Origin: Octopus vulgaris
Taxonomy: Eukaryota
Direction: 5' to 3'
Assembly: GCA_951406725.2 (NCBI GenBank)
Contig: OX597823.1
Coordinates: 81,902,001 to 81,966,000 of the forward strand
Length of the DNA stretch: 64,000 nucleotides
The notes beneath the pieces are model-generated. The model was not told the DNA's origin, made no database searches, and saw only the letters and a program-made list of their open reading frames with translations. This document shows, one piece after another, positions 1-12,736 of the stretch (position 1 is the first letter of the stretch; every line of letters begins with the position of its first letter). The translations under genes were made by a program, and so were the position numbers.

Positions 1-660
<660 letters not shown>

Positions 661-1139
661 CTGGGAATGGGAGACGGCATTTAAAATGTAAAATATGTAT
701 ATGGAATATAGTTGGGAGGCGACAAATCTGTCTTGTTTCTTTTTGACTGGGCTTCCACAGGAGAGTGCAGTGCGGCCATTATTGCAGATCTTAGAATAAC
801 AAGACAAGAATTCAAGATTTGCTTTTTGAGAATGGACACTGAGTGGCGTTAACATTCCACTGGTTGGAAACAAAGAAACACATTCAGATTGAATCTGGAT
901 AGAAACAAGTGAAATACACTAAAGGAAAATAACATAGAGATATGTCTTCATTGTATGCCACAGATTCGATCGGCAGTTGAAAGAATGCCACCTGAATTAT
1001 ACCACGACAATGATTTTTGTAAAGGTATCATCAACCGACATCGTGGACGAATAAAATCGCTTTGATAATCGACGTTAGATAGACATGGATAACGAGGCAT
1101 AAAAATACAATACGAAAACCTGAAAAAAAAAAGAATACG

Positions 1140-1211
1140 TTCCCATGACGGGAATCGAACCCGGGCCGCCTGGGTGAGAGCCAGGAATCCTAACCACTAG
1201 ACCACATGAGA
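1140..1211 (-). tRNA. tRNA-Glu(CTC) variant on the Glu(TTC) body, possibly impaired
   Basis: 72-nt match to the cluster consensus with 3 changes: anticodon loop CTCTCAC, C3T (T-G wobble) and G64T (T-stem mismatch). T-run downstream. Confidence 0.75.
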
Positions 1212-1927
1212 ATGCTTTATGGCTACGCTTAACTTATAGTAGTTACATATTTCATCAGGAAGTGTCATAGGTTTTGCTTGCTTGTCGTCACATTATTTCC
1301 TCAGTTATCAAAGAACAAAAGAAGTTTAAGAATGCATCCTATGATCGATCCTATTTAATATCTAGTATTTATAAACTTGGTTACGTGGTTTTGGGAATCG
1401 TGACAATGCCTTGGATTCGTATTCAGTTTTCAAAATGAATCATCTGTGACACAAATTTTTCATGGGTATCTATCATAGCTGCTGTGGGATGAGGTTCAAC
1501 TCATCCCTACAGGGTAAAGAAAAAGGTCTGGAATATAACTCAGAGACAAATATTCAAGATTTGATCTTTGAGAATGAACACAGAGTGGTGTTAAGATTCC
1601 ACTTGTTGGAAACAAACAAATTCAGGCTGAATCTGGATAGAAACGAAGTTAGGTATACAATTGGGAAAAAATAATTCCCCACTGCAAAACAAAGTTTCAA
1701 TCTGCAGCTGAAAGAATTTCACTTTAAGTATACTACGACGATGACTTTTGTAAAGGATCCAACCTCAGAACAACTTTTTTCTCTTTTAGGTGAAGTCAAA
1801 GGAATCAGACTACACAACTTGGGCAAAAAAAATCTTAAGAATTTAATATCGCTTTGATATTCGTTGTGAAATATAAATCGATAACGTTGCATAAAGGTGC
1901 TATACTCTAAACGTAAAAGAAATCACG

Positions 1928-1991
1928 TTCTCATGCAGGTAATCGGACCCGGACCACCTGGATGAAAGCCAGGAATCCTAACCACATGGGA
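1928..1991 (-). pseudogene. tRNA-Glu(TTC) pseudogene
   Basis: Multiple substitutions including the B box, plus an 8-nt deletion between the two ACCAC repeats in the D arm. Confidence 0.85.
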
Positions 1992-2990
1992 ATATACAGC
2001 ATTTAGTTTTATAATAATCATATATTTCATTAGTAACTGGCATAACTGTTAATTGCGGCTCGTTAAATTATTTTGATTCACCAGTATGCGTCTTGCACAG
2101 AAGCAAAACTAAAACCTTTTTCAATTTACAAATTAGAAGTTAGTAATTAACGCCTTTCATCTCACAAATGGTTTGAAATGTTTTCTTCAGTCACTTATTT
2201 CGCATCTAAAGTTTCAGTTTACTTCCAAATAACAAAAGTTAAAGGAAAATGTTTGCATCCTATTATTGATCTTGTTTACTGTTTAGTATTTATAGACTGT
2301 TTACGTAGTTTTAGGAATGATGATAATGCTCTGTGTTCGTACTCAGTTTTGAAAATGAATTATTTGTGACACACATCTGGATAAATCACAGAAATAGACT
2401 CTTCATATTTAAACATATTGTGAGAAAATAGTGGACGGGAAACTTCTTAAACATATTTGAAATGGACGTTGTAAAGATTATGGAAAACGAGTCTCACTTA
2501 ATACACCAAATATGCATAATTAGCCGGTGTATTCTTTGATTAAAATGCAGGACTGAGTATTTCGCATCAGGAAATTCTATGTAAACGACTGAAGAACTTT
2601 CTTTTGTAACGTTACCACAGTTATTTCCTGTCAGATTTTTTCTGTGACCGTCTATAAATGTGACCGTCTATAACCACATAGTTGATAAGAGAGAAAGTAG
2701 TAGCAATACGTGAATTTCAATATCCAGTGTTGTTTAACAACCAGACATGCCGGTAGGAAGAATCTGCAACAAGAATAATCGAAAATGCTACTAACACTTG
2801 GCAAAAACTCGCATCTATTCATTCATTTACGCACGCTCCACTCTTTTCCTCTCTTTACTTATTTCTTTTTTTATGCCCACACAATTTCAGAACCAGGCCA
2901 CTACTACACCGCTTATTAAAAGTACTTTCTTTCGCTCCCCAGTGGACCACCGAGTCCAATATAGTCTTTTAAAATCGGCATATAAATAAT

Positions 2991-3384
2991 TGTAGTGGCA
3001 CAAGCAGTCAGCGCCATATTGGATGCCATATCCGAGACCGGAGCGAGACCTCACTTGCATCCATTTGCTATGCGCGAGATCACAACGAGGCTCGCGATGG
3101 CAAACTCTATATAAGGGCAAAGCAGAAACAGATTCAGCCCTTTTTGTTCCGCCTCTTAGCAGCAGCGCTGGCTGAGCGCACTCCATTGGCTGGGCCTGTC
3201 TGTATGTTGTACCTCCAGAGGCAATGCACCCGCACTAACGGAGCTACTACATAATGCACAAAGCTTAAGATGGTTGCTGAGAGCATCACACTTCACTTAT
3301 CCTGTAAAACTTATAAATAAATCAATTGTAAATTGCATTTGTACTTGAAGTCTTCTCTCTTCACCTGCCGGAGCCTGAACTACA
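2991..3384 (+). mobile_element. Solo LTR of an LTR retrotransposon
   Basis: Termini TGTAGT...ACTACA form a 6-bp inverted repeat. TATATAAG at 3108-3115, AATAAA at 3316-3321, GC-richer than flanks. No TSD seen. Confidence 0.65.
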
Positions 3385-3493
3385 CGAAGAACAAAATGAG
3401 ATAATGGAGGAAGGTGATATTCTCCCGATATCGTAAACCTTGCCATCCATTATATAATCAAAAATGACTTCTCTCTCATACAATTATCTATTA

Positions 3494-3933
3494 CTAGCAG
3501 CATAGCCCGGCGTTGCCCGGGTATGTAAGAGCCCCTAGTAGGCAATGACTAATCCCAATCTAGTCCTTTCCTTCTAGGGAACGAAGGCGCATGTGTAGGT
3601 TGCAATGTCTTCTCTTCACTCGAATACTTCTGTGTATACAATGTTCCTAGCTGTCCCTTTGGGCGATAAAAAGGTCGAGTTGTGTCCCCTAGACAGAAAA
3701 TGTGTTGCATATAAAAAGCTTAGATTCTCGACCCCATGTCGAATTTATCGACTTTTTTCAGAACTGGGGGAACTTTTCAAAATTTTCACTGCGTTAGTTT
3801 TGAATTATGACATTGGGCTATGTGTGTGTCAAGTTTCATCAGAATCGGTTGAAAGCCGTGGTCAGGGTGAGGGTACAACCTGACAGACACACAGACACAC
3901 AGACAGACAAACTGCCGTTTATATATAGAGAGA
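3494..3933 (-). mobile_element. Non-autonomous Helitron
   Basis: Minus strand starts TC and ends CTAG, preceded by hairpin CCCGGGCAACGCCGGG. Inserted between A and T. 5' half shared with 27458-27843. Confidence 0.8.
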
Positions 3934-4794
3934 TTAATGAGGTTTCTTTGCTAATTATATAAAATATATTAACCGATAAATTGTCAAAAGTGTTGATTTT
4001 TGGTTAGTATTTTTCACAGTTGAGGACTGTTATTGCATTATCTTCCCTCACCAACGGAGATGAGTAGAATATAATGTTTTGCCATAAGGACTAGCTTCTG
4101 ATTTGAGCTCCCAAGCGGTAATAGTAAGCTTTGGAACAATTGAACACTCGGAAATATTTTCTCCTGTCACCAGTTATAGAGCAATGAAGAGAAAATATGT
4201 CATCAATCATTATCACTGTTCCTGATTGCAGGCTGCTGTATTATTGTCTCTCATGAAGTGAAACAGGTAGAATAGTCTTGCTGAGAAACTAAATTTAAAG
4301 TTTTGTAATTGTCTTCAACTGATAAACCAAGAATTTGTAGTGAGAAATTGACTGAAATAGAAATTGATTGAAACACAACCTTCAGCCTTTAGCACACATC
4401 CGGTGTTTCCAAAACATATAAATGAACGAATGAAGGAATGAAGGAATGAATAAATAAAATATAGTTTAAAATATTCAAACAGCAAATAAATCACACAAAA
4501 CAAAGTGAAAAACAAACAAGATCAGTTTTGTAAACATTCACATTTGTCCATTTCTAGATCGGAGGTAATATTCCAGTTGTTAGAAACACAGTAATCCTGT
4601 TACTGGATCTTTTTTGTGAATGTATGGCCGGAAAAATATACTGAGGCTTGCTATCCATATGAAAGCTTAATCATGAATGGGACAGAAATACGCTTGATAC
4701 AACTAACGTAGAAACATAAAATATTTCATTTCATTACTGTTAAAACCTGAATAACAATTAATAAAACAGAATGTATTAGACATGAAAATAACCT

Positions 4795-4866
4795 TCCCAT
4801 GTGGTCTAGTGGTTAGGATTCCTGGCTTTCACCCAGGCGGCCCGGGTTCGATTCCCGGCATGGGAA
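4795..4866 (+). tRNA. tRNA-Glu(TTC)
   Basis: TCCCATGTGGTCTAGTGGTTAGGATTCCTGGCTTTCACCCAGGCGGCCCGGGTTCGATTCCCGGCATGGGAA: full cloverleaf, A/B boxes, TTC anticodon, T-run terminator. Used here as the cluster consensus. Confidence 0.97.
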
Positions 4867-5606
4867 CTTATCTTTTTCTTTTCTATGCGATATTCTATGA
4901 ATGCCTTCGAGAGTGAAATTATTTTCCATCACACTTCCTAAAAGGTTTAATTTACTTATTAGTTATTTGCCTCAGATTAACAATTAGTTATTTGCCTCAG
5001 AGTAACAATTTTTAAAAATATTTATACTAGTTTCCAAATAGATATAACAGAAATTGGTAGTGAGAGACAACATTGAAATGTAAATTATAAACAGAATACT
5101 GTAGGGAGGTGACAACTCCAGTCTTGTTTCGACCTAATGGGGCCTCCTCATAAGAGTACAGTGTGACCGTTACTGCAAATCTTAGAATAACAAGAGAAGT
5201 ATTCAAGATCTGATCTTTGGAAATGAACACAGAGTGGCGTTAAGATCTCACTGTTGGAAAGAAAGAAAGAAAGAAGGAAAGAAACAAACAAACAAAAAAA
5301 TTCAGACCGAAACTGGATGGAAACCAAGTTAGATACTTTAAAGTATAAGAACTTAGAAATATGTTCTTATTCCAAGACAGTTTCGACTCGCATTTGAAAG
5401 AATTTCTCTTTAATTGTACTTCCACGATGACTTTTCTAAAGCCATCAACCTCACTCCAGCTTTTATTTTTCCGGGCGAATTAAAATGACCCAACCTACGC
5501 AGCATAAATAACAACAAAAGCAGTTAATGAAAATTCGAATCATTCTGATATTTGATGTAAAATACCAATGAAATACGTGGTATAAAAATTGCTATAGTCG
5601 TAGGAG

Positions 5607-5769
5607 AGGCGTAAGAGTGGCTGTGTGGTAAGTAGCTTGCTTACGAACCACATGGTTCCCGGTTCCGTCGCACTGCGTGGCACCTTGAGCAAGTGTTTTC
5701 TACTATAGCCTCGGGCCGACCAAAGCCTTGTGAGTGGATTTGGGAGACGGAAACTGAAAGAAGCCCGTC

Positions 5770-5827
<58 letters not shown>

Positions 5828-6030
5828 ATATATTTGTGTGTCTGTGTTTGTCTCCTTGACAACCGATGCTGGTGTGTTTACGTCCCCGTAACTTAGCGGA
5901 TCGGCAAAAGAGACCGATAGAATAAATGCTAGGCTTACAAAGAATAAGTTCTAGAGTCGGTTTGGTCGACTAAAGGCGGTGCTCCAGCATGGCCGCTGTC
6001 AATTGATTGAAACAAGTAAAAGAGTAAAAA
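5607..6030 (+). mobile_element. tRNA-derived SINE, family A, full length
   Basis: Head with A/B-box-like motifs (TGGCTGTGTGG...GGTTCCGTCGC), internal (TA)n(TG)n, (GTAAAAGA)-type tail. More than 10 copies in the window. Confidence 0.85.
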
Positions 6031-6198
6031 GCTGTTACATTAGTTCCACACCCGAAAAGAGACATGTAGAATATAGTGTCTTGCACCTGAGTTGAATTAA
6101 AGCCTTTGAATAGATTCAAACTAACAAACAGGAATCGGTAGAAATGAGGTTTCATCTACTAAATCAGCTGAAATTGTTTGTTACTTCTCAAGCCATGC

Positions 6199-6279
6199 CT
6201 GCGTGGCACCTTAAGAGTCTTCTTCTATATATAGCCTCGGGATGATCAAAACGTTGTGAGTGGATTTGGTAAATTCGTC

Positions 6280-6351
<72 letters not shown>

Positions 6352-6545
6352 GTATGTATGTGCGTGTCTCTGTGTCTATGTGTGTCCCACACCTACCTCC
6401 ATGACTTAGTGGTTCGGCAAAAGGTAACGATAGAATAAACACTTGGCTTAAAAAGTACCGGAGTGGAGTCATTCGACTAAAAATTCTCTGTGGCTGTGCC
6501 CCAGCATGGCTGTAGTCTAATGGCTGAAACAAGTAAAAGATAAAA
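6199..6545 (+). mobile_element. SINE family A, 5'-truncated and degenerate
   Basis: Similar to the body and tail of 5607-6030. Confidence 0.75.
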
Positions 6546-6772
6546 TGTTCAAATTCTTTACTCATACAAAGTAATTGAACTTTCTGATCACAGGTAACTA
6601 TGTCTAGCACCATTTCATTCTTATTAGAAATCGAAAGTATGATATAATCTGTGGTAAATAACTTAAACCTTTTTGGAAGTGTAACATTTCTTATGGAGGG
6701 AAAATAATTTCACTCTCGAAGGCATTTATTGAATACTGCATAGAAATAATATTTTGAAAAGAAAAAGACAAG

Positions 6773-6844
6773 TTCCCATGCCGGGAATCGAACCCGGGCC
6801 GCCTGGGTGAAAGCCAGGAATCCTAACCACTAGACCACATGGGA
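6773..6844 (-). tRNA. tRNA-Glu(TTC)
   Basis: Identical to consensus. Confidence 0.97.
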
Positions 6845-7248
6845 AAGTTGCTTTTTAGCCTAATACATACTGTTTTATTAAAAATGCTGCTTCATTTTTT
6901 CCTACTTGTAACTGCCACTGATGATTATTACATTGTATCCGTCTTCACCAACAGTAGGCGGACACAAAATAATATCAGTAAATATTTTTTACTCGTAAGT
7001 AGAAGCATGTAGAATAAAGTGTCTTGGCACAGCAAATAAACTAAAGCCTTTGAATATATTCAAGTTTACCAAGCGGGAGTTGTTAGTAAGAAGACCTAAT
7101 CTACGAAATCAATATTTCTAAAATATATGAAGAAGAGCATAGATATGTGAATGAATGAAAACAGGTGGGATTAAAAGACTGAAACAGGTTAATTTATTTA
7201 GGGACGCCTGCCGCATGATAATTTAGTGATGAAGGCAATAAGTTTCTA

Positions 7249-7946
7249 GGTACTATTTAAGAAGAGTGGTCCCGGTGCGCGCACTCGCGCACTCGCGTAC
7301 TCGCGCACTCGCGTACTCGCGCACTCGCGTACTCGCGCACTCGCGTACTCGCGCACTCGCGTACTCGCGCACCCGCGCTAGCTAGTCGTGACTAGTCGAT
7401 CCTACGACTACCTAGCGCGTGTGCGTGTATGAAAATTAATATATGGGTTTTTTTAAAACAAATAGGGTTTTTCTAAACAAAATAAATAACTTTTTACACG
7501 AAGTAAATAATTTCTTAAAACAAAGTAAATAAAACACAAAACACAAAATAAATAATTTTTTTAAAACAAAGTAAATAAAAACTTTTTCTAAACAAACTAA
7601 ATAAATGTTTGGTACCCCGATCATAATTTAGATGTTTTTTTTTAAACAAATAGGGTTTTCTTAAACAAAATAAATAATTTTTAACACAAAGTAAATAAAA
7701 CACAAAGTTTTTGTGTTTTATTTATTTTACTCCTTTACTCTTTTACTTGTTTCAGTCATTTGACAGCGGCTATGCTGGAGAACCACCTTTAATCGAGCAA
7801 CTCGACCCTGGGACTTATTCTTTTGTAAGCCCAGTACTAATTCTATCGGTCTCTTTTGCCGAACCGCTAAGTGACGGGAACATAAACACACCAGCATCAG
7901 TTGTCAAGCAAATGCTAGGGGGACAAACACAGACACACAAACACAT

Positions 7947-7977
<31 letters not shown>

Positions 7978-8378
7978 CATATATACGACAGGTTTCTTTC
8001 AGTTTCCGTCTACCAAATCCACTCACAAGGCATTAGTCGGCCCGGGGCTATAGCAGAAGACACTTGCCCAAGATGCCACGCAGTGGGACTGAACCCGGAA
8101 CCATGTGGCTGGTTAGCAAGCTACTTACCACACAGCCTCTCCTGCGCCTATCACAGCCACTCCTGCGCCTATTTTGTTTAAAAAAGTTATTTACTTTGTG
8201 TAAAAACTTATTTATTTTGTTTAGAAAAAACCTATTTGTTTTAAAAAAACCATCTATTAATTTGCATACGCGCACTCGCGTTAGGTAGTCATTGTAGGAT
8301 CGACTAGTCACGACTAGCTAGCGCGAATGCGTGAGTACGTGTGTGCGCGCACTGGGACCACTCTTCTTCAATAGTACC
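7249..8378. mobile_element. Non-autonomous Mutator-like (MULE) foldback element
   Basis: Long TIRs (about 200-250 bp) GGTACTATT...AATAGTACC. Perfect 9-bp TSD AAGTTTCTA at 7240-7248 and 8379-8387. Empty-site paralog near 23110-23135. Confidence 0.8.
7726..8170 (-). mobile_element. SINE family A nested in the MULE element
   Basis: Reverse complement of 5607-6030, with a short duplication at the head. Confidence 0.85.
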
Positions 8379-8815
8379 AAGTTTCTAAATTACTAATTCT
8401 AGTTTAGATAAAAAAAAAATAAAGGTAGAAGACAATATTGAAATTTTTATTATTAGATTATAGACTTTGTATTGAGATAGTCCGACCTTTAACAGTACTA
8501 TTATAACTCCAGTCGTGTTTCGGTCTAACCAGACCTATTCAGCGGAGGATAGTAGCTATCATTGCTGGTGATTGCTGGCTGTTGGTTTTATTTTTCAGTC
8601 ATGAAGGGGAACTTGTAGAATAAAGTGTATTGCGCAGGTAGTAAACTAAGACCTTTGAACAGATTTAAACTGACAAAGAAGGCCTTAGTAGTAAATATCT
8701 CTGCTGTATGACATCGAATGAAATACTTTCTCAAGTCACCAATAATCGACTTAATATTTCTAAAATAAATAATAATAATAATAATAATAAACATTGTGTA
8801 CAGTGCTCAGGTGCA

Positions 8816-10681
8816 CTACAGCTCATCGAAAGTGTATATATAATCAGGTATAGTTTCGACGGATTTCGGAAAGCATGAGGGCTTAAAGGATGCAGTGTCA
8901 TGGCAGTCAACAACTGACGCAGGCAGTTTATTCCATGCTTCAGCAACTCTGAGTGTGAAGAAATGTTTCCGAAAGTCATGGGAGCTGTGTTGTTTTCTGA
9001 CTTTGTAGGCATGTCCACGGGTGTTAGACACATGGAGATCAAAAAGGTGTTCAGTGTTGTTATTGGTGAGGTGGTTGACAACTTTGTGGGTGTTTACCAA
9101 GTCCGTCGCCAGACGCCGGAGCTTCAGTGAATCCATACCCAGGGAAACAAGGCGCTCAGAATATGGTAGGTGTCTGATGGAGGGTATGCGTTTGGTTGCA
9201 CGTCTCTGAACAGATTCCAGGAGGTCAATGTTCTGAGCAAGATAGGGGTTCCAAACTGATGATGCGAATTCCAAGTGTGGTCGTACCATAGCTGTATACA
9301 GTTTTAAATAGATGGCTGGAGAGCGGCTAACAAAAGTCTTGCTGAGTGATGTCAAGACACCCTCGGCCTTCTTGACAATTTTAGAGATATGCTTTGTCCA
9401 ACGCAAATCACTGCTGACAGTGATGCCTAGGTCACGCTCGCAAGAGGATTTCTTGATATCAGTGTTGTGGAGGGAGTATGTGGACGCAGAGTTTTTTCTC
9501 CCAAAATGCATGGTGGTGCACTTGTCCACAGCCAGTTTCAGTTGCCAGTCTGTGATCCATTGCTGCATTGTGTCCAGGTCTGATTGCAGGAAAGAGCTGT
9601 AGACAACAGGATCTGTCCTCTTGATTTCAAGGTACAGCTTGATGTCGTCTGCATATTTTAATACTGTGGCATTCTTTAAATTTGCATCTATGTCATTAAT
9701 GTATGCCACAAACAAGAGGGGACGAAGGACAGATCCCCGTGGTACACCCGATGACATCTCATATGGTGTAGAATGCTGTCCTAGAATTGTGACTACTTCC
9801 TTTCGGTTGAGAATGAAGGACTTCAACCAGTTAAAAAGGTCATCCCTCACACCCATTGCAGAGAGTTTCACCATAAGCCTTTTGTGTGGCACAGAGTTGA
9901 AAGCCTTAGCAAAGTCGAGGTAGACAACATCCACCCATGAGCCACTGTCAGTGATCTGAGTAATGTCCTCAAGGAACTCGACAAGCTGATCACTGCAGCT
10001 GGAGTTAGGGACAAATCCATATTGTGAGGGTCGGATGAGACTGTGTGAGCTCCAGAAGTTCCAAAGTGTTTCTCTGACACACGATTCCATCAGTTTTGCA
10101 ATACAGCTAGTGAGACTGACTGGGCGATAGTTGACAGGTGATGTGCGGTCGCCCTTCTTGAACAGAGGAATGACACTGGCAGTTTTCCACTGTTCCGGAG
10201 TAGCACCATTGTTGAGACAGTACTGGAAGAAAGTAGAGAGCTGGTGTAAAAGGAAGTACCTGCCACGTTTGAGAAGCAGGTATGTAACTCCATCAAGACC
10301 AGGGGAGGCATAGTTGCGCTTATTTTGAAGGTGACGTCGCAGCATTGCAGGTGTAAATTCCATAGTTGTTATGGAATTTGCTGTTAGAGATGGTGAAGAT
10401 GGTACATTTTGACTTTCAACAGTGAATATGTTTGCATAGCACTCGGCAATGAGTTCTGCGCATTCCTTGGGGTCGTCAGTGATCTGGTTTGTGTGAGGGT
10501 TGCGAAGAGGGCCCACTGGAGAGTGAGGTCTCTGCTTCGAATGCACATATTTCCAGAAAACCTTGCTGTCAGGATTGGCTGCTATGCACTGTTCAAATTC
10601 AAGCACTGCTTTTTTTGTCACTTGCTTGAGATGGTTGGAAGATTTATTCCGCTTCTTCCTGTTGGTGTCTGATTTATGCAA
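8816..10681 (-). pseudogene. LINE ORF2 reverse transcriptase portion (frameshifted from the APE portion)
   Basis: Motifs SPGLDG, NYRPVSLTS, YLDFAKAFNSVPH, SGVPRGSVL, YADD and TRGH...FFTLRVAEAWNKLP. Confidence 0.9.
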
Positions 10682-11604
10682 CTTGTAATCCCGTTCAGCA
10701 GTTCAACGTTCCTTCCTGGCAAGTCGGACCGCTGAAGTTTCCCAAATTGCACTTTTGGGGCGGTTCTTCTTTTTCTGTTTACATGGCACTGATGCTGCAT
10801 ATGCTGCCCATATTGAGTCAGGATACTCTGGAGTATAGTATTCACATCTCCAGAGTTGTAGAATTCACGCCAGTTTGGGTGCTGTAGTTCAGTGTGGTAC
10901 AGGTTCCAATCTGCTCTCTTCCAATCGAAGGAAGCAGTTTGGAGATGGTTCAGGTTTTTGTTGCCCGCAAGAGCCAGATTGGCGATGATCATAGCATGAT
11001 CAGAGTCACCTAGAGGTTCCTCCGTAGTGCAATTGATAACCGCTTCAGGAGTTGTGGTGAAGAGCAGGTCCAAGGTGTTGTCGCCTCTTGTTGGAGAGGT
11101 GACTACTTGTGACCAGTTTGAGTCCAGTACAAGCTCAACAAAATCGTTTGCACTCTGTGGCAAATGGAAGGTTTCCCAATTGATCTCAGGATGATTGAAA
11201 TCGCCTGCAATGAAAACATAAGTGGCTGTTTTCCTGGCAGCAGCTCGGAGGATATCGCAAAGCTGTGTGTCCCGATGGTAATTTGGGGGACGATAAACAA
11301 CACCAAGCAGGAGTGTTGACATGGTCATACGTACATCACAGAAAAAAACTTCTTCTTGTGATTCGTTCAAATCGGCACAAGGAATTACTGAAAAATTTGA
11401 ACGAACGTAGACCATCACACCACCACCACGGCGGTTAATGCGGTCCTTGCGGAAGAGGTTGTACCCAGTGATGTTGAAAACCCCATCACAGAGTAAGGAA
11501 TGCGCCCATGTTTCCGTGACAGTGATGAAGTCAGGGTCAATACTTCCAACGTAGGCGTTGAACAAATGAATTTTGTTGCACAAACTGCGAGCATTTAAGG
11601 ACAA
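10618..11604 (-). pseudogene. LINE ORF2 apurinic-like endonuclease portion
   Basis: Motifs LNARSLCNK, ITVTETW, DR...GGGV, VYRPP, GDFNHP, PTRGDNTLDL and SDH. Confidence 0.9.
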
Positions 11605-12090
11605 GAATTTGTACCCTGCTTGCAGTTTATGATGGTGTAGAGGATGGCAGGTTGTTCAGGTTTAGTTTCCCTGAGTTGCTGTAGTTTTTTTAGTGTCAGT
11701 CATTGTGGGTAGAGAGCACTCAGACCAGCTGTTATCTCTCTTCCACGTTTCACCCGTCTTAATAAATCTCCAGATTTGAGGAAATGAGGAAATATATATA
11801 TGAATGGAAAAAAAAAATAAAGAAGAGTTCAGAATTATTTAACGAGTTTAATTGGATCAAATAAAACAGCTGTTTGAAATAGGCTCGAAAATAAATTGAG
11901 TGCATTAAAATCAAGAACAGCTTTTAGACTGGCAAGAGAAATATTTCAGGTTTGATTTTTGAGAATGAATACCGAGTGGCGTTAAGATTTCATTAGTTGC
12001 AAACAAACAAATCCAGTCCGAAACTGGATGGAAAACAAGGAACACATTATGTACACAGATTCAATATTCAGTTTAAGGCATTGTTCTTTA

Positions 12091-12499
12091 ATTATTATTA
12101 TTATTTCTTTATTGCCCACAGGGGACAAACAAGGACAGACAAACGGTTTGAGCCGATTACATCGACCCCAGTGCGTAACTGGTAATTAATTCATCGACCC
12201 CGAAAGGCTGAAAGGCAAAGTCGACCTCGGCGGAATTTGAACTCAGAACATAACGGCAGACGAAATACCGATTTCTTTACTACCCACAAGGGGCTAAACA
12301 CAGAGAGGACCATCAAGGACAGACAAACGGATTGAGCCGATTACATCGACCCCAGTGCGTAACTGGTACTTAATTCATCGACCCCGAAAGGATGAAAGGC
12401 AAAGTCGACATGGGCGGAATTTTAACTCAGAACGCAACGGCAGACGAAATACCGCTAAGCATTTCGCCCGGCGTGCTAACGTTTCTGCCAGCTCGCCGC
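12091..12499 (-). mobile_element. tRNA-derived SINE, family C, tandem dimer with a Tx1-like 3' tail
   Basis: One head followed by two body+tail units joined at 12270/12271, then an (AAT)n end. Degenerate TSD ATTG(TT/CC)CTTTAATTAT. Confidence 0.8.
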
Positions 12500-12664
12500 T
12501 ATATTGCCCTTTAATTATAAAAGGAGGAAGATTTCGTAACGGCATGAATCTCAGAGCATCTCTTATCCCTTCCACACGATGTTTAATGAGCATTCTTACA
12601 CTGCAAATAAAACAATAAAGATGAAAAGTGAATGCATAAAAACCGCTTTAAAAATAAAAGAAAG

Positions 12665-12736
12665 TTCCCATGCCGGGAATCGAACCCGGGCCGCCTGGGT
12701 GAAAGCCAGGAATCCTAACCACTAGACCACATGGGA
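12665..12736 (-). tRNA. tRNA-Glu(TTC)
   Basis: Identical to consensus. Confidence 0.97.

Larger units (their letters stand above)
8766..11750 (-). mobile_element. CR1/L2-group LINE, 5'-truncated, near-complete ORF2
   Basis: APE endonuclease ORF plus RT ORF in overlapping frames, short 3' UTR, (TTA)n tail at 8766-8790. Confidence 0.9.

Noticed and set aside
1140-1211. Alanine identity element in the CTC variant
   Set aside because: The wobble pair is U3-G70, the reverse of the G3-U70 alanyl-tRNA synthetase determinant.
9021-10672. Plus-strand ORFs over the LINE (also 20356-20847 and minus-strand ORFs over the Tx1)
   Set aside because: Antisense shadows of RT coding sequence.
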